Assembly: GCF_006345805.1 (NCBI RefSeq)
Contig: NC_043000.1
Coordinates: forward strand, 81,220,001 to 81,284,000
DNA: 64,000 bases
Direction: 5' to 3'
Origin: Octopus sinensis
Lineage: Eukaryota
The translations under genes and the position numbers were made by a program. Below, piece by piece: positions 13,115-24,744 of this stretch (position 1 is the stretch's first letter; each line of letters begins with the position of its first letter). The notes under the pieces are model-generated. The model was given only the letters and a program-made list of their open reading frames with translations. It did no database searches and was not told where the DNA came from.

Positions 13115-13320
13115 TTAAGGCCAGCAAGCTGGCAGAATCATTAGCATGCAGGGCAAAATGTTTAGCAGCATTTCATCTGTCTTTACATCCTGAGTTTCAA
13201 TTCCACCAAACTTAACTTTGTCTTTCATCATTTCGAGGTTGATAAGATACATACCAGTCAAGCACTGGGGTCAATGTAATTTACTTACCCCTTCTCCTGA
13301 AATTGCTGCCCTTGTGCCAA
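13115..13320 (+). mobile_element. SINE family A copy
   Basis: taaggccagcaagctggcagaatc...tttcatcatttcgaggttgataag..accag. Confidence 0.8.
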
Positions 13321-13847
13321 AATTTTAAATCATCATCATCATCATCATCATTATTATTATTGAGTGAGAGACCAATGCATGCCATCAAAGTGACATTGGG
13401 ATAAAATATACAAAGCCCAGTATACACATCATGACTATTTGTCTGATAAGGGTACACCAAGCACATGCCTAACAACCATATGTGTGCAACATGGTGATCT
13501 TATATCAAGGTAAACAGTGCATGACCTTGCAGGTGGGGCCCAGTTACAATTTTCCTCAGGTTGAGTAGCCCAACCCACTCAAAAGGTCTCTGAATAAGGG
13601 TCATTTAAGGGTGTTGAACAAAACACCCATGTTTCCAATTGTGAATTATCCAAACCCCAAAGAAATCCTCTCAACACATGGCTACAATGCTCCTCCATTA
13701 CTTCTGCTTCTGATCAGAGATGCACATATCATTAGCCTCTAAGGGACATGCTAAACTGCTGAAGGTCAAACAAATGGCAAGCAAATCTGTGGTATTGAGC
13801 AGAATATTTGCTGTATCCCATTATTATTATTATTATTATTATTATTG

Positions 13848-15243
13848 GCATTCTGGTAAGCATGGTCAGCTTTGGCTCTGAGAATTAGCACAGAATATTG
13901 AGCCTTTTGGTATAATGTGATGCTGGATTAATTGAACTGGTAAACTGCTCAAGGTCTGGTTTGATCCCACCCTGAAAGTGAACCACAACTGAGATGAGAT
14001 AATAACTAGTCTTACCCAGAAATTGGCTGAAAGGAAGATGTCCCTGAAAGGTCAGGCAGGGTTGGTGAATGCCTCCATTGCTTCCATTATTGTTTACCTA
14101 CTGATTGTCACACCTTACTCAAGTTATAGCCTGATTAGATTGGAGTATGTATTCAATTTCTTGTGGAAGGGATACATTCCACTGGTCAGGCAGTCCTGTT
14201 GCAAGCATCCTCTGCATGGTGAGTTAGGGATGCCTTGTCTCCTATTTATGTCTATCTTTGTCTCCTATTCTCAGACAAATTTCAGTGGCTGGGCTGTTAG
14301 CTGAAATTCCTTAACAGTGAACAGGTGTGGGTACTATCCATGAGGCACATCTTTCCAAAGCTCATATTCTTGACAGAACTGCAGTCTTGATTGAAGCAAA
14401 GACTGAGACTGAGCTCCTGGGCAGGAATACTATCAGGAGTTCATCACTATTTGTCATCAGGCAACAGGATCAGTGAATGTTCTGTGGAGGCTTAGTGGTG
14501 GAGAAGAGCAATGGAATTCTTTGGAAGACTCTAGGCATCAACCAAAAAGAAGCTGTTGTCTGTTCTTGAGAAATTGTAGTTTGGGGACTTCTATGAATAA
14601 TTTCAAGAAGTGCTACAGAGGAGCACTAGCAGTTTGAGAAATGTGGAAGGCCATGAGATGGGCTTGTTTAGGTTGCCTGCTAAGCAACAAAACTATTCTC
14701 TGTGCACTCATTCATTGAGTCCATCGTAATGATTGTTCTACCTGCTGCCTTCCTTTAAGCTATCAGGGAAAGTTGTTTTCCTCTCCCTCGTGACTATACC
14801 TAAAGAGATTGTGTGATGAACAAGATTGAAAAATCTGAAAACAAGCTTTTCTCTTTGGTAAAGCCATTATTCCCTTTTACAAGTTTCACTTGAAAAGGAA
14901 AGTGAAAATGGAAAGAAAGGTATGGTCTTGAAATGAATTTATTGAAAGGTGGGTGAAAGGGCAAAAATGGCACGAATGGAGGGAACTACTCTAGCTTTAA
15001 ACTTGTAAGATGGAGAAATACAATAGGATGGTGGTGTTCCTTCATAGGCTCTAGAGGATCTCCTGCATCATCATCACCATCATCATCATCATCATCATCA
15101 GTAACATCATTTTTTAATGTTGTATATCATCTATATTTGTATTTTTATTTTTTATCATTCAGTTTCCTGTAAACCGCCCCCCCCCATATTTTATGTCTCT
15201 CTTTGTATTACCCCTCATCCATTACTTTGGTGGCAAATAAATC
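13848..15243 (+). mobile_element. 5'-truncated, decayed Tx1/L1-clade LINE (post-RT region to 3' end)
   Basis: ORF 14023-14304 AERKMSLKGQAGLVNASIAS..FLWKG.IPLVRQS..HPLHGELGMP; MNNFKK..CYRGAL near 14600; LKRKV..ER near 14890. The 3' end tgtaaacc..gtggcaaataaat is shared with 36280-36350. Confidence 0.8.
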
Positions 15244-15299
15244 ATCATCGTCGTCTTTATTATTGTTAATAATAGTATTAGTTGTGGAAGAGGTAGTAG

Positions 15300-15510
15300 T
15301 CCAGTGGTTAGGTGGCAGAGTTGTTAGCACACCAGACAAAATGCTTAGCATCATTTCTTATGACTTTATGCTCTGGGTTAAAATATTACCAGGGTCAACT
15401 TTGCCTTTCATCCTTTCATAGTTGATGAAATAAATACCAGTTGAGCATTGGGGTTAAGGCAATCAACTAGTCCCCTCCTCCAAAATTTCAGTCTTGTTCC
15501 TATAGTAGAA
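15300..15510 (+). mobile_element. SINE family A copy
   Basis: Core caactttgcctttcatcctttc..gttgatgaaataaataccag. Confidence 0.8.
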
Positions 15511-15959
15511 AGGATTGTTGTTGTTGTCATCGTCGTCTCTACAGCAGTAATCTGGACTCCTCTGTTTGAATTAACTTCTCTTTCCAGTCCTATATTCAAT
15601 GCATTAGTTTCTTCATTGGAACCATGTGTCCCATTGGTCAAAAACAAAATGACCTTAAGACAGGATGACATTGTGTTGAATTAACACAGAGGAAACAACA
15701 GCAGTTATGATAATAATAGTTTCTATTTTAGGTGCAAGGCTAACAATCTTGCAGGGAGAAGTGATCAATACCATCAATCCCAGTATTTGACTGGTACAAA
15801 ATGTATTAAAAAATTAGTAAAAGAAAAATTGAAAGAAAATGCATCTTAAAAAGGAACAGCCACTTGGGACCTATAGGGGAACTCTCACAAATCTTGGATT
15901 ACCTTTACTGATTAAGGTAAAAACTCTCTCTTATCTGTGTTCTCCAACCTACAGGTAGA

Positions 15960-17400
15960 TGCTGCCTAGGCTCAATCACATAGGCCACACTTGCTACTTC
16001 TTTTCACTTTGCAGCAAACTTATTGAAAGGCAGCAGTTCCCTCCCTAACATTATCTTCATTCCCAAGTGGTACATCGATAAGTTGACGAGGATTTGGCTG
16101 AAGAGCTAAAGTGTCTCTGTTCAGTCTTTTGAATCTCATCTTCCACTCTACCTCCCATTCACAACATTCACAAAACAGAGGAAAGCAGTCTACTTTTCTA
16201 ACCAAAGTAAAGCAATGGAGCAATCCTTACAACGGAATTGGCTGATAACTGGATTCATCCAATGAAATGATAACGGTTTTTCAACATAACTTCTATAATA
16301 TTTAACTGCTACATGAGTGAAGAGTGTGCAGAATGGTCTCATTACCCTGTATGCAATTTAGATAGGTTCGACTGTTGGCACTTCTGAACCTGTAGATTTT
16401 ATTCCAAACAGTTCTGAACCCACCAAATGCCAGGACAGGAATTTCTGGAAATTGTCCATAATGTCCAAGAGTTCTTTAAAAGAAACAGCTCATTTCTTTT
16501 GTGTTGATGTTCACAATTCAGCAACTCAGTCAAAAAAACAAGATATAGGAAAATATGTCTGACTAACGATGAACTTAGCTGCTCACTACTGAGGAGTATC
16601 TGCTGATGCCACAGCTTCAACATGTGCCTATGCATTTTCAACCACAATGCCAGACATGCCAAAGATGCTTGCAACAATGTACTGCCTGGTTAGTAAAATA
16701 TGCCTCAACCACACAAATTGAAGGAGTGTAAGTCTTGGTCTCACCAGACATGAACTAGAGTAAGATACGAAGATTAGGCTGTATATTAAAATGGAGATAA
16801 TATTGGCCTTTTCAGGAAATCTTTATTTCAGCCCATTTCTGGATGAAATTGACAACTCAGCTTTTAAATCTCATGCCAGTTCATATCAATTTGGAGATCT
16901 GGCCTGAAACAAACTTCATGCAACTTTACAAGACATTCAACACAGTGATATACACTGATTAATGCGAACTTTCTTCTTCAGGTGCTAAGTTAGAAACCCA
17001 CCAACTTGTCTTGGTTCCAGTATGCTTTGTATTCTTTCAGTATGATGTTGAGTACCTGGATTTCTGTGTTTTCTGATGCTATCATGATGATGTCACCCAT
17101 GTATACTGTCATAGTTTTCCCTTATGACCATTTAAGCAGAATGCCCCTCAATACTTCAAACCTCTACAACAATAGATCAGGAATCAAAATGTACAGAAGT
17201 GAAGAGAAGGTTACCTATGACTGACCAAGCATGTGATTCAAAGCAATTCCAACTGGTGGCCCTTTATTGTGACCACTGAGTAGAGCTGCTATATATATAG
17301 CAGCGACCCAGACTTTGAAAATGTAACTGAAATTAGTTGCATTGAGGGAAAAACACTCAGTAGTGATGGAGAGCTCCAACAAAAGCTTTTGATTCTTCAA
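15960..17400 (-). mobile_element. Decayed Tx1/L1-clade LINE (RT core to ORF end)
   Basis: Minus translation FSSLLYILIPDLLL..LRGI..TVYMGDIIMIAS (SPLLY..YADD region) near 17050-17220; QKWAE near 16830; MDNFQK near 16450. Confidence 0.8.
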
Positions 17401-17650
17401 AATTGATCAGAGTCCCATTAAAGTCAAGTTTGTTACTCATGCTATTTATGATATTTCATATTAGGTAGTTGTGGATACAACTGCCAGGAATCATACAGGT
17501 CTCTGAGGGCTGTATGTTCCAAATTACACTACTGACAATAAACACCAAATTCTCTGCAAGCATTTTAGCCAAAATGTGGTGGTAGTGGTGGTGGCAGTGG
17601 GGACAATTTCCTGTATGTATGACAACTTCTATTACTACTACTACTACTAC

Positions 17651-17735
17651 TCTGTCAATCTGTCTATCTATCAATCTTCTTTCTATCAATCAATTAGAAA
17701 TTATCTATTAATTTATCACACACTTATCATCTAAA
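17651..17735 (+). repeat. 85 bp dispersed direct repeat (second copy 18704-18788)
   Basis: Two mismatches seen by eye; this copy is embedded in a (CTA)n tract. Confidence 0.9.
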
Positions 17736-18612
17736 CTACTACTACTACTACTACCACCACCATCATCACTACTACTGTAGGTAAAAGAAAACAAGTTTAG
17801 GGATGATTACACCTGATTTAATGGACCCATTCTCAGTGTATTACTGATATGATGTAAGAGAAGTTTTGTGAGAGAAGCATGTTTGACTAAATAAACCGTC
17901 TCCAGCAGTGCTTTTTGATTCCAAGAGGAAGATAAAGCAAATATGTCTTCAGTAGGATTTGGTCCCAGAATGTAAAGGGATTAATACTGCTGACACATTT
18001 TTTTTGTGTAGTTACTCTACTGATCCTTTCTTGCCTTTGTGAAACAGTTGGTCATTACTGAGATAACAAGGAAGCTTCTACATGCTTGATCAGCTAGAAA
18101 TAAAACCTAGATGGAATGCCTTTGGTCATAGGTCTGCTTCATGAGGCCTGTCCTGGGGTTAAATAATAATTACATTATCAGTAACATTATGTAAGGATTA
18201 CAGAGTGTTTGATTTGTTTTGATAATATTTTATGTGATTATTTCATTTATCTGAAGTTATTGTAATTTACTGATGCCATGATTACAAGGCTAGCACTTTA
18301 GTAAAAGACATGAGAGTGCCAAAAATAGCCTTGTTAAAGTTACATGTCTTTAGCTCTTTCAACAGACAAATTATGAATTCCACTTCTATTGAAGAACAAA
18401 ATCAAAAAAATAAGATCAATTAAATAAATATGAATGAATATATTACTAAAAATTAAACAAAAAGAAGAAAATGGAAATCCCATTTCAAATATTCTGAGAA
18501 AGAAAGAAAAAATTCTAAAAATAACTCTGTGATCAGTTCAATTATTTCTTTTCTTTTTGGGGGTGGGGGAGAGCATTTCCCTGTGTTTCTTTCTTATCTT
18601 GTCTATCTCTTA

Positions 18613-18646
<34 letters not shown>

Positions 18647-18899
18647 ATCTTTAAACATTCGTTAACATTCAATGTCATTCCTGTATTTTTGTCTACCTAT
18701 CTGTCTGTCAATCTGTCTATCTATCAATCTTCTTTCTATCAATCAATTAGCAATTATCTATTAATTTATCACACTCTTATCATCTAAATTAATTAAATAC
18801 AGACAATCAATTTATACATGAATTTATTTATCTATTTTTATTTATTCCTTAATTCTTTTCTTTATTTTCCCCAATCTTTTATCTCATCATTCTTTCTGT

Positions 18900-19097
18900 A
18901 GTTGTTAGCAAGAATTAATAAGCTGCCGATCCATTTTGCTATCAGCACCGGCACGTGGAATAACGTTACCAGATTTTGATCAAACCTTGTACTGTAATAA
19001 TTTATTGATTTTTATCGATCTATTTAGTGGAACCAACTGCACCTCTGCTCTCCAGCACGATTTTTTGCTTTCAGTTATTAACATTATTATTAGTATC

Positions 19098-19129
<32 letters not shown>

Positions 19130-19290
19130 TATAATCAAAATTATTTTCTTATTATCATTATTTCATTATTCATTATTCTTTTTTATGGTGGGGCTTCTAC
19201 TTCTGCTTCTTCTCCTTCACCTTCAGTTTTCTTTCATCTCTTGACTTCGATCAACAAATTGTTTCCGATATCTGAAAATTCTTACATACA
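18900..19290. promoter_or_regulatory. CpG-retaining unique islet, possible regulatory region or exon
   Basis: About 8 CpGs in ~360 bp in a CpG-depleted window; includes CACGTG near 18951. Confidence 0.25.
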
Positions 19291-19343
19291 TCATTAACTT
19301 ACACTTGAGTCATTGACATATTTATTATTATTATTATTATTAA

Positions 19344-19388
<45 letters not shown>

Positions 19389-19799
19389 CTTAGAAGTAAT
19401 TATTATTAATAGCTTTGGGGATTATATATAAAGTGTATATATACATGTACATACTCACACATACATATATGTAACTTTTTTTTCCCTATTACCATTATTC
19501 ATATTGACATGTTTATAACATGAGAGAGTTCGATATTTCTTGGAGTCTACACATGAGATCAAATATCAAAAAAATAAACATAACGCAAACTACCCAAAGA
19601 CAATCTCTAGGAATCTTGGATTTCTCTTTTCTGCTGCTGCTGCCTTAATAAGAAAACCACTCATGTTTCACCCAGGTAAATGAATACTATTTTCACACCT
19701 GTTGTTCCATTTTCAATTTTATTATTTCTATTTTATATCAGTATTTACATCTCATCCTTTAAAATTGTATAAAAGCTCCTTCTCTTCTCTCTCTCACTT

Positions 19800-19849
<50 letters not shown>

Positions 19850-20129
19850 CTCCCTCTGCCTTTTTATCTATCGTCTGTCTCTGTCTATTTATCTCTTTTA
19901 ATTTTGAATCTATTTTTCTTGTTTATGTTTTCCCATAGTCTCATGCTAATACCTTGAGTTTTTGTTGCTGTTACAGCTATTACTCACACCGTTTTTAATG
20001 ATGCATTTTTTTGTTGTTGTTACTAAATTAATTCCATTGTGGATTAAAAAAACATACGCTGACAACTTTGTATTGGAAGCAGATGATATAATTCTATACA
20101 TTTAGCACATGGCTGGTACCTACACACAC

Positions 20130-20431
20130 ATACATTTATGCACACATTCACTCATACATATGCACACACAGTGAGATATGCATGTGCATGTGTGTTTATG
20201 TATGTATGTATGTATTTATATATATATATATATATATATACATACATATATATGCACATGGGTGAGTCTATGTGCATATTTACAAATAAAAGTGCAAGTG
20301 TGTGTATATATATATGTGTGTGTGTGTATGTACATGTGTGTGTCTGTGTGTGTGTGTACGTGTGTGTGTACACATATATGTAAATATAAATGCATATATA
20401 TCGAAGTATATTTATGCATATGTGCATGTGT

Positions 20432-20487
<56 letters not shown>

Positions 20488-20500
20488 TGTATGTATACAT
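20130..20500. repeat. (TA)n/(TG)n microsatellite block
   Basis: Direct inspection. Confidence 0.9.
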
Positions 20501-21116
20501 TCATGTTTACATTTGTTTTATCATGGTAGAATAAGTTTGACAAACATTACACAAACATATTGGGGCATTGTTTTGCAACCAGATGCTCTTTCTTCCACTA
20601 ACTCTAAGCTGTTTTACTGTTTTTCAAACAAGGGATCTTTTTACTTCATAAATTTTTGAAGGTTCAGTACATACAAACAATTTGTTGACAAGAGAGATGA
20701 CAATGATGTCACCATTTGTAGCTCAATTATTTCTGGAGTGCAAATGTAAACAAACACACAGACACACATCTGCATGCATGAACAAGCACACACATTTACA
20801 CTGAGATACATACATCTGTTTGTGTGTGGGTGGGTGGGTGGGTGTGTATGTGAAGGCATGTGACCTACTGCTTAGGGCATTGCACTTGCAACCATAAGAT
20901 CATAATTCCAACTCCTGGACCAGGCAGGAGTTTGCTCCAGTCCACTTGGTTGTAAATGAGTAATCTTGTGACATTCTGGTGTCCCGCTCTGTGGGTGAGT
21001 TGTGATTTCAGTCACTTATATACTGTGGAAAATAGAAAACCAGCCCTATGAGTCCTAACACTTGAGACACAATATAAGTGTATACGTGTGTGTGTGTGTG
21101 TGTGTGTGTGTATGCA

Positions 21117-21496
21117 CAGACATGGCTGTGTGGTAAAAAGCTAGCTTCCCAACCACATGGTTCTGGGTTCAGTCCTACTACATGGCACCTTGGACAAGTG
21201 TCTTCTACTATAGCCTCAGGCCAACCAAAGCCTTTTGATTGGATTAGGTAGACAGAAACTGAAAGAAGCTCATCGTATATGTATATATATTTGTGTGTAT
21301 GTGTGTTTCTCCCCCTTCATTGCTTGACAACCGATGTTGGTGTGTTGACATCCCCAAACTTAGTGGTTCGGCAAAAGTGACTGACAGTATAAGTACTAGG
21401 CTTACAAAGAATAAGTCCTGTCAGTGCTCCAGCTAAAGGTGGTGCTCCACCATAGCCACAGTCAAATGACTGAAAGAAGTAAAAGAATAAAAGAAT
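21117..21496 (+). mobile_element. SINE family B copy
   Basis: catggctgtgtggtaa..gggttcagtcc head; gcttgacaaccgatgttggtg..cttagtggttcggcaaaag..aatgactgaa..aagtaaaaga tail. Other copies at 28655-29225, 38190-38550, 40090-40537. Confidence 0.85.
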
Positions 21497-21504
21497 ATAT
21501 ATAT

Positions 21505-21540
<36 letters not shown>

Positions 21541-21547
21541 CAATAAT

Positions 21548-22827
21548 ATGTTACATTACTCGGTAGTCAAGATAAAACTCTGAGTTTCAGATGCCGAAGT
21601 GGAAATCCACAACACCATCTCTTCGGTTATCTGGCTATTTGAAAACGCTATGAAAAAATACCATTAAATAAAGGGAAATTACTGTGTTATAACTCTGCTT
21701 GCCTGCGTACTTATACATCGCTCGCATTTTTCGTCATAAAAATTATATAAAAATATAGAAAAAATATATAAAAATATATAAATTCTTCTTGGGACATAAC
21801 ATAGAAAGCATGTTCTATCTGTTTTCTTTAGGGGACCAAAAACGTAACAGAAATTTAGTCACATGTGGGCATGATCCGAAAAGCTCTGTCTTTATATTTA
21901 GACATGTAGTAGGGTCTAAGCTGCTTTTCCAGATAAGCCATCTCTCCATGTTGCATAGACCGCACCTTCCGCTGCCGTTGGTATAGGGCTTACATCTGGC
22001 CAAAATCTTCCATTGTATGTTATAATCGACACCTTTATCTCTTAAAGACCAAATATGATTAGATAATTGTGTCGCTTTTCTTTTGTTCCAGTGCCTAAAG
22101 CTCAAAGTTTGGTTATTGAACCTGGCCTTGAAATTACCCTCTGTAAGGCCCACGTATTTCTTCGTCGAAACGGTGTCTTTAGTGGTTATAGAGTTTACGG
22201 TAGCTTCATATATGATGGTCTTGGACATGCAAGCTCCATTTAGCGGGCACAATTCTTTATTCCTGCATGAACAGCTGTTTTCTTGTTGTGTTTTTTGTAT
22301 GTTATGTTTGATTATGTTTTTAAAATTGGTAGTTGAACTAAAACTAATTTTTAATTGTGTCTATTGAAGAGTTTCCTATAAGTATGGTTAACTGGAAAAT
22401 GTCTATCTATCAGTGCTAGGAAATATTTACCTATATTGAAGGCCACCTCGGGTGAGTAAGGGGGCGTAAACCAGATGACCTTCCTATTTCTATTATTCCT
22501 TTTCCTTACTGTTGGGCTAGTGATAGGTGTATATTTTATTTTTTCGCTAAAACCACTATCTTTTAAAGCCTTATTATAAACTGGGGCAACGCTATTGAAG
22601 ATGTCCTCATCAGAGGAGAGGCTAGAAATCCTCTTACTAATATTTTTAACTAAATTTTTGAATACTATAGGGAGATGGCATGAACCTACATTAATATAAC
22701 TTAGTCTATCATTGAGCTTCCTATAAGGCTTATAAATATTCTTATTAAGATCTAAGGAAACGTCTAAGAAATTGACAACCGTCAGGTTAGTATCTATATT
22801 TATACTAAGTCCGAAGTATTTCATTAT
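21548..22827 (-). mobile_element. Penelope-like retroelement, 5'-truncated: RT thumb + GIY-YIG endonuclease + pLTR end
   Basis: VVNFLDVSLDL..YKPYRK..YINVGSCH..VIWFTPPYS (22351-22827); one frameshift near 22355; then CPLNG..IIYEATV..YVGLTEGNFKARF..HIW..C.LC..E (21815-22252). Confidence 0.92.
21570..21632 (-). ncRNA. Type I minimal hammerhead ribozyme fold in the Penelope pLTR (core variant CCGAAGA)
   Basis: Minus strand reads AGAUAA-CCGAAGA-GAUG..CAUC-U-GAAA-CUC A GAG-UU-UUAUCU: perfect 6 bp stem I, stem II, GAAA, very short stem III, GUU cleavage triplet. Confidence 0.75.
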
Positions 22828-23400
22828 CCAGTTATTCTTGTGACTATGACGAAAGAATGTATCTGGTGGACACGTCTGAAAGGATTGGAGACAAACACTT
22901 TCCTCTCTGGTCAATCTCTCATCAACTTCTTCAAGTATCACTTGAAAAGGAAAGTGGGAGTAGAGAGGTAAGTTTTGTCTAGTGAATGTTTAAAAAAAAA
23001 GATGGGTGAATGTAGCAAGGATAGCACGTATGAATGATGAAGCCACCTTGAGCATAATCCTATGAACCCGGAAAAATTTAAAGCAGAGGGTTACCTACTT
23101 GCAAACAAATGTGGTGTCATGTAACATTATTAACCGAGGTTACCGTGGTCTTTTTTGTAGGCTTTTTTTCCATGGATAAACCTTATCTGCTTCCCCCTTT
23201 ACACTTTACATCATGACATTTCTGTGATACACATTCCCTATTGATCGTTTTTTTTTCTTTTTCTTTTTTTCTTTCCTCTTTTTTTTCTTTCCCTTTTACG
23301 ATCCCTTTTGATCGAAAACCTACTCCACTTTTTGTGACTATTGACTTAGTTCATTATAAAGGCCATGTTTGTTTGTGATTTTGTTGCATTTTTGTATCTG
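22828..23400 (+). mobile_element. Tx1/L1-clade LINE C-terminus and 3'UTR, 5'-truncated
   Basis: Plus translation VILVTMTKECIWWTRLKGLETNTFLSGQSLINFFKYHLKRKVGVER..RWVNVARIAR, matching the ends of the copies at ~14890 and ~36000. Confidence 0.8.
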
Positions 23401-23479
23401 ATTTGCAAGATTCTTTATGTGAATTCATATGTTGAAACAAATTTTGTTGTCTAGGGGGAGTCATTATGCCAATGTTATT

Positions 23480-24670
23480 AACACAGATCGACCTTCAACT
23501 CTGCTGTGCATGTGCTCTAAGTTTTAACATTCAGGCTCACATCCGTTGTTTACAGCAGTGCTTGGAAGGAACGTGTGTAGCATGTGATTGATGCATTGAC
23601 CATGATAGAAAGTCGAGTAGAGAATCTGCATCAAATTTTGTCAAAAGCTTGGCAATACCTGCTCAGAGGCCTACACAAAGTTGTAGAAAGTGTACAGAGA
23701 GGAGTGTATGAGCTGCATATAAGTGTACAAGTGGTTCAGACATTTCCAAGATGGCCGAAAAAATGTTGATAGTGACAAACATTCTGGGAGACCTACAACC
23801 AGCAGAACTGAGAAAAACAATACAGATGTGCATGCAGCTGTGAGGGATAATCCTCGAATCCCCATCCATGAGTTATCAGAGGATGTGCAAATTAATTATG
23901 GTTCAGTTCAGTCCATTATCACTGAAGATTTGGGTATGAGACATGTATCAGCCAGTTTTGTGCCAAGACTGCTTTCAGCTGACCAAAATGACACTCAGGT
24001 TTCAGTTGCACAAGATCTTGATTGTGTCGAGAATAATGAAAACTTTTTGAAAATGGTAATAAGGGGTGATGAATCATGGGTCTATGGCTATGACCCTGAG
24101 ACAAAGGCACAGTCAAAGCAATGTGAAGGCATTGTTGACTGTTTTCATCTACAACAAGGGGATTATTCATCATGAGTATGCTCCACCTGGTCAGGCAGTA
24201 AACAAAGAGTACTACCATGAGGTTTTGTGGTGTTTGTGGGATGCTATTCATTGGAAAAGGCCACAATTGCATGCATCCAGTGAGTGGCAATTACACCATG
24301 ACAATGCACCTGCTCATTCAGCACAGCTTGTGCAGCAATTTTTGGTTAGGCATAGCATTCCCTGGGTCTAACAGCCACCATATTCCCCAGATTTCACCCC
24401 TTGTGACTTTTTCCTCTTTCCAAAAGTCAAGTCCCACTTGAAAGGAAGAATACTTCCGGATGTCAAGGAAATTAAACTGAATGTGACAAGACAGCTGCTG
24501 ATTATCCCAGAAAACGAGTTTCAGGGATGCTTCCATCAATGGAAATGGCACTAGATTAAGTGTGTGGCTTCAAAAGGGGACTACTTTGAAGGAGATTAAA
24601 TACCAAATTGGTGCATGTTGTAGTTTTGTTGTATAGCACTAGTCCAGATACTTATTGATCAGACCTTGTA
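23480..24670 (+). mobile_element. Defective mariner (DD34D-type) DNA transposon
   Basis: GDESWVYGYDPETK, HHDNAPAH, PPYSPD..PCDFFLFPK, KGDYFEGD; frameshifts, stops and an internal deletion. Likely right TIR ..gatacttattgatcagaccttg|TA at 24645-24670; no matching left TIR found. Confidence 0.9.
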
Positions 24671-24744
24671 TATGCATTTATGTGTATGTATACATATATA
24701 TGTATCTGTGTATATATGTATATATGTTTATGTACATATACATA

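Noticed and set aside
22351-22941. 196 aa ORF as a genuine gene
   Set aside because: Chimeric read-through of antisense Tx1 into Penelope RT; lacks the RT catalytic core.
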